NCBI RefSeq assembly: GCF_009914755.1 | Contig: NC_060933.1 | Direction: 5' to 3' (one strand) | Length of the DNA: 64,000 nt | DNA from: the human T2T-CHM13v2.0 reference genome, Homo sapiens | Part shown: positions 15,925-29,685 of the stretch, piece by piece | Numbering within the stretch: the first letter of the stretch is position 1 | Layout: every line of letters starts with the position of its first letter | Position numbers and translations under genes: made by a program | The notes under the pieces: model-generated | Told to the model about the DNA's origin: nothing | Seen by the model: only the letters and a program-made list of their open reading frames with translations | Databases searched by the model: none

Positions 15925-16075
15925 GAGTTACTATACAATGGATATAGAGTTTCAATAATACAAGATGAACAAGTTCTGAGATCTACTGTACAATGGGCAT
16001 ATAGTTAACTGTACTGTACACTTAAAATATGTTAATAGTGTAGATTTCATATTTTTTTTTTACTGTAATTAAAAG
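15925..16075 (+). mobile_element. Short L1MA/MB 3' end
   Basis: atggatatagagtttcaataatacaagatgaacaagttctgagatctactgtacaa; flanking atactctctaga repeat (TSD-like) at ~15915 and ~16076. Confidence 0.7.
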
Positions 16076-16451
16076 ATACTCTCTAGAATTCTGAATATTT
16101 AAACTGGCCCCTATTTCCTGAACAGGAATAACTTTTAGCTGAATTCAGTCTCAGAGATGTGAGAGTAATTCAGGAAAGTAGCTAGTGTATAAGAGAGAAG
16201 ATGAAAAAAGGGAAATCGAGAGAGCTTGACTGGGGAGGAAGTTATATAGCAATAATCAAGCAGAGATTAGACTGTAACTCAATAGAATTATGTTTTTTGA
16301 ACTCCAACCAACAACCTTTTCTCTGGGTAGGCTGACTATTAATAGAAATAATAAACATGGGTAGTGAATCTCCAACCCAGTTTTTACATATATGATTAGT
16401 ACTTACATATTAACATCAAATAATAATTTCATAGATTAGAATTTGTGATGC

Positions 16452-16782
16452 TGTGTTGTCCATTTTCACGCTGCTGATAAGACATGCCGGAGACTGGGCA
16501 ATTTACAGAAGAAAGAGGTTTAATGGACTTACAGTTCCACATGGCTGGGGAGGCGTTGCAATCATGGTAGAAGGCAAGGAGGAGCAAGTCACGTCTAACA
16601 TGGAAGGCAGCAGGCAAAGAGAAGGCTTATGCAGAGAAACTCCTGTTTCTAAAACCATCCAATCTCATGAGACCAATTCACTATCACGAGAACAGCACGG
16701 GAAAGACCTGCCCCGACAACATGTGGGAATTATGGGAGCTACGAGATGAGATTTGGGTGGGGATGTTAGCCAAACCATATCT
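16452..16782 (-). mobile_element. THE1 (MaLR) solo LTR with a small internal deletion
   Basis: ccattttcacgctgctgataagac...ttacagttccacatggctggggagg...ccaaaccatatc; 5-bp TSD gatgc/aatgc. Confidence 0.9.
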
Positions 16783-18171
16783 AATGCTAAAGTAATTATA
16801 CCTATCACTTCTTAATAAAGATTCATTACCAAAAGTAATTCCTTCAGTTATGCAACTTTGGTTTACCTTAAAGATTTAATATGTATCTCAAAATAGTATT
16901 TAATTGTTCATACTCAGTTTACCTAGCAGCATAGTAATGTATGGAATAAATTCTTTCTTATATGACTTTTTCAGTATGCTAGTTGCAAATTGGATGAAGA
17001 CAACTAGTTCATTTAAACTCTTTGTTTTTTTACATTTTTGCAGAAGGAATGTTATTTACTATTACAAGTAATAAAATACTATCAGGCAGGTTTAGGGTAA
17101 TATTAAGCTGACATATTTGCCGTAACAGCAGTTTCATTATAATCGAGTCAAAACATTTCTTCTAAGAGATATCAATAACAAAGAATTTATGCACTTGTCT
17201 GCTTTTAAACAGGTGTCTGAAAATACAAGAATATTTATTTGGGAGTGTTTGATAGCTAAATTTATCATAACTCTTATTTCAAGAGTAAATTGCTTGTATT
17301 GATTATGCAAACATAATGATTAAATTCTGCTACAAAACACATAATTATTTATTGAACATCAATATGATAAAGCAAAACTTTTCAAAAATATTTTTGCACA
17401 TATTGATCAGTTTTCAAAACATATTTTATGAAATTATGTTAGTTATTTTTAATTTCTTCTTGTCTGTTATTTAGTGTTTTGTTTTCTCTATCAGAAGTTC
17501 AGACTTGAAAACTGTTTATTATGAATGCCAACTTTCCAGTCTTTACTAAATTGATCAGTTCAAGAGTTCCTTGACCTCCAAGCATGCAGCTCAAACTGAT
17601 TTCCTTGAAGACAACAGATGTTATTATCTATTAAATTAGATTTGGTATCTGTATTTTTAGGTTTACATTTTAAGGACATGCAGAACATAAGTCTCAAAGA
17701 TAAAGTGCCAGACCTAAATCTGTCAACCATAAATGTATCATTAGTGCTGAATTTTAAATCTTTTTTTCTGCCTAGTAAAGTAAAATAGCCCAAATAATGT
17801 CAGTTCTTTTTATTTTATTAAAAAACCCCAGAGTAATTTTTAATAACAAGTGCTGTTACATATCTAGGTATAGTAGAGCTCAGTATATAAAAACTCTAAA
17901 AAGTGTATTAAGTAATTTTTAAGATACATACATTTATTTTCTTTGTTCTAAAAGGAAGGCTTTTATTTTCTTTTTATGGCCACACATTATATAAGGGATA
18001 TCTTTTAATCTACTTCCATCAGGAAAAATAAACAATTGACCTTTGAAATCTAGAGAAATAAACAGAAAACCAAAATGAGACCAATTACCTTCTGGACCAA
18101 TGACTGTACAACATATGTACTGTCAATGTCTCTCTCTCCCAAACATCAGAAGAGCCCTTAGTTTCACTGAC

Positions 18172-18205
<34 letters not shown>

Positions 18206-18336
18206 ACAGACTTTACACAGTTGCACCCAAAGAGTTGCTCTGGGGAGGAGTTATGTCCTCTGCCAAAATTAAGAAGTTCATTTGTAGATTCTATATTTTT
18301 TTCATATTTCTTACATGTATCAACATAGAAAGGTGT

Positions 18337-19152
18337 TGATACAGACAGGAATCAGGGAAATACTGGGTAGAAGTGGATGTGGGTCCCTGGCGAGGGTCCA
18401 TCCTCAAGTCTGGACCCACGGCCTTAAATGAGAGCATGCATTCCTGTTTTCCCACTTGAATGTTGCCTTTTCCAAAACCACCCTAGCCTTCTCTGCCCCC
18501 ACATTCTGTACCCATAAAAACCCCAAGCTCCACTGGTAGAGGAGCAGAGCGGCAGAGAAGAAAAGAAGAGAAGAGAAGAAGCAGCTGGATGTTGGAGAGA
18601 AGCAGCCTGACTTCAGAGGGATGGCTTGATGGCAGGACTTTGGAGAAGAGTTCAGCCTGGGACAGCCGAACTCCATTATCTTCCCATTCCATCCCCCTTC
18701 TAGCTCCCCTTCTTGCCGAGAGCCACTTCCTCTGCTCACTAAAATCTTCCATATTCACCACCCTCCAATTTTTTCACACGACCTCATTCCTCCTGGACAC
18801 TGGAAAAGGGCACAGGTGTGGGTGCAAGAGGCTGTCGCATTGACTCTCCACTGAACTGTTTAACATTTAAGCAATCCATGGATGGCAAAGCTAAAAGAGT
18901 GCACTGTGACACACACCCGCTGGGGCTCCAGGGGTCATGGGCAATGCCTAGGCACTGCCATGGGCCCCTACGGGGTTCGTTCTTGCTGGTGCCCAAAGTT
19001 GCTTGCCCCAGCTCCTGCACCTGCTCACCTGCATGCTCCCTGCACCCTCCCCGCTACCTCCACCACGCAAAGGGTTTGAGCACTGTGGGCTGAGAAAGCA
19101 AGCCACCCCTTCACAAGTCCCGCAAAGGGGTCAAGGGGACTATCCCATCTCA
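18337..19152 (+). mobile_element. ERV1 LTR (LTR1-family-like), 5' LTR
   Basis: TG...CA ends; tgatacagacaggaatcagggaaatactgggtagaag start; followed by a PBS. Confidence 0.75.
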
Positions 19153-19154
19153 AC

Positions 19155-19775
19155 TGGGGGCTCTCCCAGGATTCATCAGATGTGTGAGTAACATGGGGAT
19201 CTGTCTCTCCTTGTCCTCGGACTTTCCTCTGAGCTATGCCACTTACAGGGGAGAGGATTCAACCATCTCTCTCTTTCTATGGATGAAAGGAATGTTGGTT
19301 CAGTTTCCCTTCACAGAGGTTTAGTCATTACGTGGGACCAGGACAAGGTCCTGGGGCAACTGAAGGTGTTGGCCAAGGTCCTCAGGTTTTCCTATGGTAT
19401 CTTTCCTTTCTTCTCTCATGGTTTGAAATGCCTCCTATCTCTTCTTTCATAATGTTAAGTGTTTTGCTGCAAACTACTGAAATGTAACTAAGTACAATGT
19501 ACGTTTGGCCCAGCCATCAGATGTGCAGTTCAGAACAATGTGATTTCTGTTTATGGAGGTGTCATTTTCACCCCAACAGCTGCAAGTCAGTGAGGGGGCT
19601 TGGCGGCTCCCCTCCTTACCACCTCCCCTCCCGGCTTTAGCACCTGGGTGTGCCCATTCCAGGCATGACTGTGCCCAGTGGCCAAGCAGAGCGGAAGTAA
19701 GCTGTGCACACTGCCCAGGTCCTAGGGAAATCTCAGAGGCCCAGGCCCCTACACAATCAGCTGGAAATGTAGCTT
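19155..19775 (+). mobile_element. PBS (tRNA-Pro-like) and ERV leader, truncated
   Basis: tgggggctctcccaggat resembles TGGGGGCTCGTCCGGGAT; no matching 3' LTR in the window. Confidence 0.65.
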
Positions 19776-20088
19776 CTTCTTAGAAAATAGAAAGTAGTTT
19801 AGCCCTGGGCTGGGATGACTGTGAGGGGTGAGCTGCCCACCAACTCAGCCCTGTTGCATTGATTTTCTTAAAGTTTACTCTGGCAAAATGGCATTTGCTT
19901 ACATTGGGCATTATTACAAATATCTCCATTAAATTTATTATCATGTTACCCTAAATACATTAGAGAGGATGTGCTCACCACATTAGATACTGTCCACTCT
20001 ATGAGGGTCCTCAAGAGAGATATATTGTCTCAGTGTCAACATAGTTTTGTAAAATCAAAATGTAAAATCTTCTAGGGAAGATGAGTAA

Positions 20089-20392
<304 letters not shown>

Positions 20393-20458
20393 GAGTAAAA
20401 TATTCTCATAAACTTGGGGATTGGAAAAATTTCTTATACAGAACACAAATAGCACTAA

Positions 20459-20920
<462 letters not shown>

Positions 20921-20991
20921 TAGAACTTCCACAAGTCATTGTCAAAAACCAGACAATTCCAATAACAAATGTGCGAGGGACTTCAACAGCA

Positions 20992-20992
<1 letters not shown>

Positions 20993-21027
<35 letters not shown>
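20993..21027. repeat. (CA)n microsatellite
   Basis: Direct reading. Confidence 0.95.
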
Positions 21028-21030
<3 letters not shown>

Positions 21031-21059
21031 TTCCAAATGGCCATTAACATAAAGAAAAG

Positions 21060-21430
21060 GTGGTATACACATTCAGTAGAGTAATAATCAGCAATAAAAA
21101 GGAGTGAAGTACTGACACAATGCTACAACATAACGAACCTCAAAAACATTACGCTAAATGAAAGGAGTCAGTCATTATATGAAATGCCCAATATAGGCAA
21201 ACCCATGAGAGTTAGAAAGTAGATTCGTGATTGTCTAGACCTGGAGGCTGTGGGCGGTAGAATGGACGAGACTGCTAATGGGTAAAAGTTTCTTTCTTGG
21301 AGTGATATTCTGGAATGAGATAGTGACAATGGTTGCATGACTGTGAATATACTGAAAACCACTGAATTGTGTGTTTTCAATGATTGAACTATATGTGATT
21401 TAAATTATATCTCAATAAAGCTACTAAAAG
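21060..21430 (+). mobile_element. L1MB-like 3' UTR
   Basis: aaggagtgaagtactgacacaatgctacaaca...gagatagtgacaatggttgc...tatatctcaataaagct. Confidence 0.8.
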
Positions 21431-21516
21431 TTAGATGGAATGAAAATAAAAAGTTATAATAATAAAAATTCGTGGTAAAGAAAAATAACGTATTCTAGCT
21501 TATCAGTCATCATTGG

Positions 21517-22136
21517 AAACTAGTTCAACCATTGTGGAAGCCAGTGTGGCGATTCCTCAAGGATCTAGAACTAGAAATTCCATTTGACCCAGCCATCCCA
21601 TTACTGGGCATATACTCAGAGGATTATAAATCATGCTGCTATAAAGACACATGCACATGTATGTTTATAGCAGCACTATTCACAATAGCAAAGACTTGGA
21701 ACCAACCCAAATGTCCATCAATGATAGACTGGGTTAAGAAAATGTGGCACATATACACCATGGAATACTGCGCAGACATAAAAAAGGATGAGTTCATGTC
21801 CTTTGTAGGGACATGGATGAAGCTGGAAACCATCATTACGAGCAAACTATGGCAAGGACAGAAAACCAAACACTGCACGTTCTCACTCATTGGTGGGAGT
21901 TGAACCATGAGAACACATGGACACAGGGTGGGGAACATCACACACTGGGGCCTGCTGGGGGATGGGGAGAGGGGGGAGGGATAGCATTAGGAGATAAACC
22001 CAATGTAAATGACGAGTTAACGGGTGCAGCACACCAACATGGCACATGTATACATATGTTACAAACCTGCACGTTGTGCACATGTACCCTAGAACTTAAA
22101 GTAAAATAATAATAAAAAAATAAAATAAAATAAAAA
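21517..22136 (+). mobile_element. 5'-truncated L1PA (about L1PA5): ORF2 C-terminus, 3' UTR, A-tail
   Basis: ORF 21532-21903 [23 protein letters not shown]...SLIGG; L1PA 3' UTR text. Confidence 0.95.
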
Positions 22137-22970
22137 GAATTTCAAAGTTAAAAAAAAACAGTTAGATGCCAATGTGAACTTTCATAAATAGTTGTTGGTT
22201 AAATACATACTTTAGAAAATTTAAAAGTATCAACTAAAGCTGAAAATCCTTTCCTTCTGGTCCAGCCTTTACATTCCCATGTGTATAATCACTAGTATGA
22301 GTTGGCAAAGATGTGGAGTAACTGGAATTCTCATATTCTCCTGGTGGGAGTATAAATTGGTCTAATTACTTTAGACATCATTTGGCTATATCTACTAAAT
22401 ATGGACATATGCATAAACAATGGCCTAGCAATTTCATTCTTAGGTACATATATTATCCTCTCCCTCCAAAGAGCAAACGATAAACATGTACATCAAAGTG
22501 CGTACAAGAATGTTCAAGGTCGTATGTTTTTTTGTAATAGGCACAAACTGGAAACAACACAAACATTCATTAGTAGTTAAAGGGATAAGTAGTGGTGAGA
22601 TGATCTTATAATAAAATATTAAGCAGCAATGAAAATAGATGTGCTACAACCATGTATAACAATATGGATAAATTCTCTAATATAAAGTTGAGGATGCCAA
22701 AGTAGGAAAAATACATTTTACTTGATTCATTTTATATATAATTTAGAAACAAAAAATTGCTCTGTGACGCTGGAAGTAAGACTAACTTTGGAGAGGAAGC
22801 AGGGGTTTGTGATTAGCAGAGGTATCAGGGGCTAATATAACAAGAGTGATATTTACTCCTTGACTGAAATACTAATTACATGCGTCTGGTCACTTTTGTG
22901 AATATTTAATGAGTTAGACATCTGTGATTTTTTGCAATTTTTTCTGTTATACTTGAATTAAGAAATAAAA
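22137..22970 (+). mobile_element. Old L1ME host relic
   Basis: gttggcaaagatgtggagtaactggaattctc, aactggaaacaac, acaatatggataaattct. Confidence 0.6.
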
Positions 22971-23109
22971 CAGAATCTGCTTTTCTCCACCAATGAGATT
23001 TTTAAAAATCATACAGACACAGTGAATCATGTTAACTGATCATGGTGATCATGGCAAAGAAAACTTAGAGCTAGATGTATAAACCATCTTTTAGAGTACT
23101 ACTACTGCT

Positions 23110-23330
23110 ACTTGTAAATATGTATAATACATACTAGACATGATTCTAAATCATGTGTACTCATTTAATACAACAATTTTTTGAGTGGGGGACAATTTAT
23201 CCCCATTGTACAAATAAGAAAACTGAGATACAGAAAGATTAATTTAACTGCCTCAGATGATAGCTAGTAAGTAAAGTCAGAGCTTGAAACCAGGAAGTCT
23301 GGCTCTAAAGTCTTTGTCCATAACCACGGA
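23110..23330 (-). mobile_element. MIR
   Basis: ccccattgtacaaataagaaaactgagatacagaaagattaa. Confidence 0.7.
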
Positions 23331-25589
23331 CCTAATCTGTTGCTCTAGCAGGGATTTGGGATTTTATTACACACATTTTGAGAGCTCACCCTCTTGGATG
23401 CTTCCTTTCTATATCCTTCCTTTTTCCTCATTTGTTCCATCTTTTGAAAATACTTTTATCTTATGGATATTAAATTTGTAAGATAGTTTCTTTAAAAAAG
23501 ATAACATTCAGCACCAATGTACTTTATTACTTAAACTTCACTTACCTCTCTAGAATAATTTATGTTTATCTCTTCTCCCATACTGTATATTAAAATTCAG
23601 AACTGACGTCTTATCTGTTTGTTTATCTCCCTCCCTAGGATATTGTCTGGTACATCATAGATGCCCAATAAATGACTGTTTTGAACTCAGCTGTTATAAC
23701 ACAATCTGTTAAAGGACAAAGAACAGTGTCCTTTGTCAAAAAGAACAAAACCTAAAAGCATAAAAGAAAAAACAAACAGAAAATTACAAAAGTAAAAGAG
23801 AGAAAGTGGGGATATATATGAAATGTCGAGTTTATACTCAATAAAGACCATGTGCATCTTAAACAATCACAAAACATATTTACAATTGAACAAATGTTTA
23901 GCTAAAATATTTATCAATTGTATTATATTTTAATTTTAGAAGGCAAACAATAACTTTTTGTTTTACTAATGATGAAAACTTCTTGCTTTGTCTAAAATAT
24001 TTTTAGGTGAGAGTAGTTAAGTCTCCAAATAGCATATTATATATAATGTTAATATTGGATACTGCATCCATGTTTTTAAAATAAAACTATATTCACTGTA
24101 TTTTAAATTAATATTCCTTTAGTACATTTAAAATTTAAAAGCTTAAAAACAGGTACATTTACATATATAAGCAAAATGAGTTTATTAAGTTTAAGCTTAT
24201 TTTTGTAAACTGAATTTAGATTTTTATGAATTAATCTAATCTCTTTACTATGTAGAAACATACAATTAAAGGGAAAAATATTATTCTGGCTACTTTTTGC
24301 CTAAGGCTATCATTCTATTTTCTAATACCAAAAGCTAAAGGCCTCCAGAAAAATTTAAAGACCATGGAGCTATTGGTTTGGCAGCATACTTCACTTTTCT
24401 TTAGGTAAAATAGGGCTTTTATAGCATTCTCTAAGGTATTCTGTCTTCCCAATATTTGCAGATGGTGAAACTAAAAAGAGAACAATCAAACAAAAACAAG
24501 GCCCCCAACAGTTGTAAAGGTAAGCTATAAATTACAAAGTTTATAGCTTTGTCATGCTAATTCATGAGGTGTACATGTCCTGTGGAGATATTAAAAATGG
24601 TCTAAGAGATAAAAGTTTATAAATCTCCCTCACGGACATAAGTGCTACTTTTACTTGCCTCTTCAGATCCATTCTCCCTTTTCTCCACCCCACTCTGTAT
24701 CCTGAGATTGCTGGGCAGTAGCTTGGCAGTGGCCACTTTAGTCAGATTGCCTTTTCCTAAACCTCCTGGTTCAAGGAGCTGTTTCCTCCTGTTTTGCTCT
24801 TAGGCCTTAGAAGTAACTCCCTGCTGTTTCCACGTCTGAATGATTCTCTTTTACTCTACCTACTTCCTATTACCCAATTACAGTGTATTGTGTTTCTTGT
24901 TGGGACCCTGTCAGACATGTTTATTGTTGCTATTTATTTGATACTTTTCTGCCCCCAGATTATATTCTTATATTTTTAGGTGGTAAAATGCTCTGTAAAC
25001 CCACAATTCAATCCCCTATTACTCAGTTACTGTTAATTTAGATTCCACTTGAACATTATCAGTGACTGGGAGCTCACTACTTCCCCTTCCCAAAACAATC
25101 CATTTATTTCTACCAGATCTTAATTGTATAAATTTCTTTTTTCTTTTATTCTACTGTACCATAATATTTTGCCATTTCATTTTTACCTACATTTCCAGCT
25201 CGAGTCTCATTTTTTCCAGATATTTCCCTTTCCTTCATTTGAAATTCATGACACATGTATTAAATCATTTAAAAATATTATCTTTCTACTGTGATTATAT
25301 GTCATAGAATGTATTGCCCAGAAATAAATGAAGGACTGATATCCTTATATTGGTCTGATATCCTACTATGGTGTTAGTTCATAACTTAAGTTGGGAGTTA
25401 CTCCAGTAAATGAAGAGAGTTTTCATATCTAATAATTATTAATTAAATTGATTCAAAAGCCTCTCAGAAGACAAAATAGTAATTTGTTACACAATATTAC
25501 CATAGTGAATTAGGATATTAAATAAATAAGATAAGCTCTCAGTATGGGAGAGGCTGATAAAATAAAAGAAAACAAAACACTGGCAAATG

Positions 25590-26444
25590 AGATGTCCATA
25601 GAGAGCTCTGAGAGAATGTAAACATGCCTGGAATCAGGAAGACTTATGCCTGGGCAAGGTGGTGTGAATGCCCAGGACTGACCTGAGGGTCCCTAATCTC
25701 TTACTTCTAGCTGACCTTGAGCCTTTGTGAAAGCAGAAAGTGAAGCTGAGGAAAATATGTAAACTGCCTTGCTAAGTATTGAAGTTGTGCTGTATTAAAA
25801 CACAGAGGCCTTCTGCAAAGGTTGGGAGACCTATTAATTCAAAGCATTTAAGGTAATTATTGTCTAATTATTAGCTGACCACTATAAGGTCCTCAGAAGT
25901 GATTTCAGTGGCTTCATACGGCAAGGAATACAGACTTTACAGAATTCATCCAGGAAGGTTACTAAAGAAAATAATATTAAGAAGAACAACAAGACAACCT
26001 TCAACAACAAACCCTGAGAGAAAGAAGAGCTGATTTTCAGAGTTGGCATATTTATATTAGATTAAATATCCAGTTATCAAAAACATACATTTGGAAACAT
26101 TTAACAAACCAGGAAGTATGGCCTGTATACAGGAAAAAGAGCAGTCAGTAGAAACTATCTTTGAAGAAGCCCAGGCATTGAATTTACTAGACAAACACTT
26201 CAAATTAGCTATTGTAAACATAATCCAAGACCTAAAGAAAACAATGTCCAAATAATTAAGGAAAACCTAAGAATAATATCTTGCCAAATAGAGAATCTCA
26301 ATAAATAGTTAGAAATTATAAAAGTGAGTCAAGTAGCTATTCTAAAATTGAAAGCAAAATAACTGAAATTAAAAAGATATTCACTAGGGAGACTTAACAT
26401 TTGAAATGGCAGAAGAAAGAATCAGCAAACTTGAAGATAAGCAA
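25590..26444 (+). mobile_element. Old L1M 5' UTR/ORF1, left part (host of the Alu and the ERV)
   Basis: gaagaagcccaggcattgaatttactagacaaacac...gcagaagaaagaatcagcaaacttgaagata; continues at 30374. Confidence 0.75.
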
Positions 26445-26748
<304 letters not shown>

Positions 26749-27228
26749 AACATGCAATTTTAATAAAGGAATTATTAAGAAATAATTTTAGGCAGATAGA
26801 GAGAGTAAAAAGAGTTCTTGGTAAGGCTTTTTCTTTTAATAGAAACAGCTCCTGAAACGTTTTTTTCTAACAGAAAGGCAGCTTGAAAAGCCAGGCTGGC
26901 AAGTATTGATATGCTAATGTGGGTGATTAGAAAGTAGGTGCACCCAACATGGCCAACATGGCAATTCCCACCCTCTTCTCCTTGTCACCACATATGCCAG
27001 GCATCATGGCCACCCCAGATAGCTCCACATGTGCAGGACTACATGACAGCTATAATTTGCATATTTAAAAGGCTAGGATGGGAGGGCCAGGTTTTTCACA
27101 GGCTACATGAATGACACACCTGGTGATACCAATCGCCTGGGCCATATGCAAATCAGACACCTTCTCCTCCAGCCTCTCAATATTACCAACCACTTTTCTG
27201 CCCCACACAGAGTTTCTTTCTTGGAACA

Positions 27229-27274
27229 CAAACCTGCACGTTGTGCACATGTACCCTAGAACTTAAAGTATAAT

Positions 27275-27290
<16 letters not shown>
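27229..27290 (+). mobile_element. ~60-bp L1PA extreme 3' end with A-tail, followed by (AT)n and (GAA)n
   Basis: caaacctgcacgttgtgcacatgtaccctagaacttaaagtataataaaaaa. Confidence 0.92.
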
Positions 27291-27322
<32 letters not shown>

Positions 27323-27330
27323 AGAAGAAG

Positions 27331-27686
27331 AAGGAATGCCCAGGCAGCAAGATGAAGCCACCTCGACCCTGTCCAGCCTGTGGTGAAGACCACTGGAGAC
27401 AGAACTGCCCTCGGAGGTGGAGGTCACTGGGTGGAGTCTCACAGATGGTCCAGCAGGATTGATGGGTCCCGGGGCTCAAACCGTGGGTCCAGCAGCTCAA
27501 ACTGCCATTATAGCACAGGAGCCCCAGGTGATTCTGGAAATTGAAGGAAAAAAAGTAGACCTCCTTCTAAGCACTACAGCCAGTCTCTCTTTTCTCCTCT
27601 CTAATCCAGGCCTCTCCCCTTCCCATAGCATGACCTTAAGGGGCATCTCAAGAAAAACTCTAATCCAATATTTTTCTCAACCTTAG
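27331..27686 (+). pseudogene. ERV gag C-terminus (CCHC knuckle) and protease relic
   Basis: PPRPCPACGEDHWRQNCP...VQQD*; then, frameshifted, EPQVILEIEGKKVDLLLSTTA (catalytic DTGA decayed). Confidence 0.85.
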
Positions 27687-27899
27687 TTGACACATACTTC
27701 CCAGACATTATCATGATAGCTCTACTAGTCAAAAAAAAAAATCCCTCCAAATTAACCCTAGGACGTAATTTAGCTGTTTACACTCAACATAATGTGGCAG
27801 GATCACTGTCCTCTAGGGGAGCTCTAAGCTAACAAATAGCCAGGAAAGCAAGAAGTACACAAGGCAAGATAAGCAGTAGTTGCTCTAAATAACGTCTCT

Positions 27900-28430
27900 C
27901 TCCAGGCACAAGTGCTCAATTAGCTGAGCTAATAGCTCTAACAAGACCACTTGAGATAAGCGAGGGAAAGGTAGCTAACATTTTTACTGACTCCAAGTAC
28001 TCTTTCCTGATTCTCCATGCTCATGCTGCCATTTGGAAGAAAAGACATTTTCTTACCATCAATGGATCTCCAGGAAATATCACCAAGAAATTAACAGGTT
28101 ATTATCCTCAGTTTTTTTTCCTTCTATAAGAAATAGCAGGGATGCATTGCAGGGGACATCGAAAGGAAACAGATGAGGTAGCCAAAGGAAATAGATTAGC
28201 TAATCAGGCAGCTAAGTCAGCAGCAAGGAAGCCTCAAGGCATTAGCACAACTAGCAAATGGCCAACCCCAGGAAATGAAACCACGTTTATTTAACCCAGG
28301 AGATCTGGTATTAGTGAAAACTCTCACTTCTGCTTTCTTCCCTACGCTCGGGCTGGGAAAGGCCCGACACTGTTCTTTTGACAGTTACAGGAATCATCTC
28401 CTGGATGCACCACACTCAAGTCAAAGCCTA
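27900..28430 (+). pseudogene. ERV pol relics: RNase H and integrase C-terminus
   Basis: SAQLAELIALTR...VANIFTDSKYSFLILHAHAAIWKKR; LFNPGDLVLVK; ISWMHHTQVK. Confidence 0.85.
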
Positions 28431-29460
28431 AAAAGCTAAGGGAGCAACCCCTGAAAGCCCAGAGGAAAGTCCTGAATCTCAATGTGGAGAAATAGAAGAC
28501 CTTAGGCTGAAAATCATGAAAGATAAGTAACTGGGGAAGGGCTGCTCATCTTACTCAGTCCCACTGCTACCTCACCAGACTTTTTATTATTTCTGCCCTT
28601 CCCTCTCAAAATTTGCCACCAAATATTAGAACTTCTTTTTAACACATATTTGCAGGGAGAATTTAATTATACATGGGATTGCATTTGTAACTTTGTAGCT
28701 TCCCAAAGGGAAATGTTGTCTTGGCAAGTAAAGTTTTAAATGGAAATTATTTACTACGTCACTCTCATGGGAATTGTTATAGTCACGCTACTATTTGCAA
28801 TAGAACTATACACTATGACACCCACGATGTGGAATTCTGGTTGTAAAATTCTAATTGCTGTAATATTTTGCCTCATTATACTTAGAGCAGGATAAGTAGT
28901 TACAGGAAAGATTTCGTCAAGGTTGTTTTGCTTACAGCAGGAGTAATAGTTTTTACTATCATTAAGTTTGACGGGACTTTTTACCGAAGGTTGCTAATGT
29001 GATGCACTCTAAGCTATGAAAAGGTTATAGAGAAAGAGATTTTATATAAGGAAGGATCTTGTTTGGTAAATTCTTGTCCTAAAAGGAAATGACCGGTTGT
29101 TTAGAGAAAGAATGTTTAGGACAAGTCAGAAAGTTTAAGTCTGTTGTAAGAGGGTCTGTGAAAGTCATGAAAAAATTTAATAATTAAAGGAAAGGAATTG
29201 TCAAGATTAATGCCAAAGTTATTTAGCCACCGAATAATGTATCTCTCCCAATCATACTGCAAGTTATAAAAATTGCCTAAGCCTAAAGTTATTCTCCAAT
29301 GGCAAGTCAAGGGGGAAATGTATGCTCTTCTCAAGGAAAATGTTGCTTTTATATTAATGTTTCTGGTAATGTACATAAACATCTAGTGGAGGCAAACTGG
29401 TGTTGCAATACATGGGTGTAACTAACAAGAGTCAAATTACACTGTTAGTTATAGTCTATA

Positions 29461-29685
29461 GGACCCCCACTAACAGTGATAATTTTAATACTCATAATCC
29501 AACCCTATATTTTTAACCTTCTTGTAAAATTTATCTCTTTTCACCTAGAAACGATCAAACTCAAAATGGTGCTGCAAACAGAGCCCCACATGGACAAGCC
29601 GTTCTTCCAAGTACCCTTAAATCCACCTCAGGAGAAGACCCAACTGCTGTTCCCCGACATGACGCCCCTTTTCATCAGGAAGTAG
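29461..29685 (+). pseudogene. ERV env TM anchor/cytoplasmic tail relic
   Basis: GPPLTVIILILIIQPYIFNLLVKFISFHLETIKLKMVLQTEP resembles HERV-W-type GPCIFNLLVNFVSSRIEAVKLQMVLQMEP. Confidence 0.8.

Noticed and set aside
22137-22160. Apparent L1 3' transduction between two A-runs
   Set aside because: The spacer matches the continuation of the old host L1 (gaaatgcaaattaaaaccacaatgagatacca-like)
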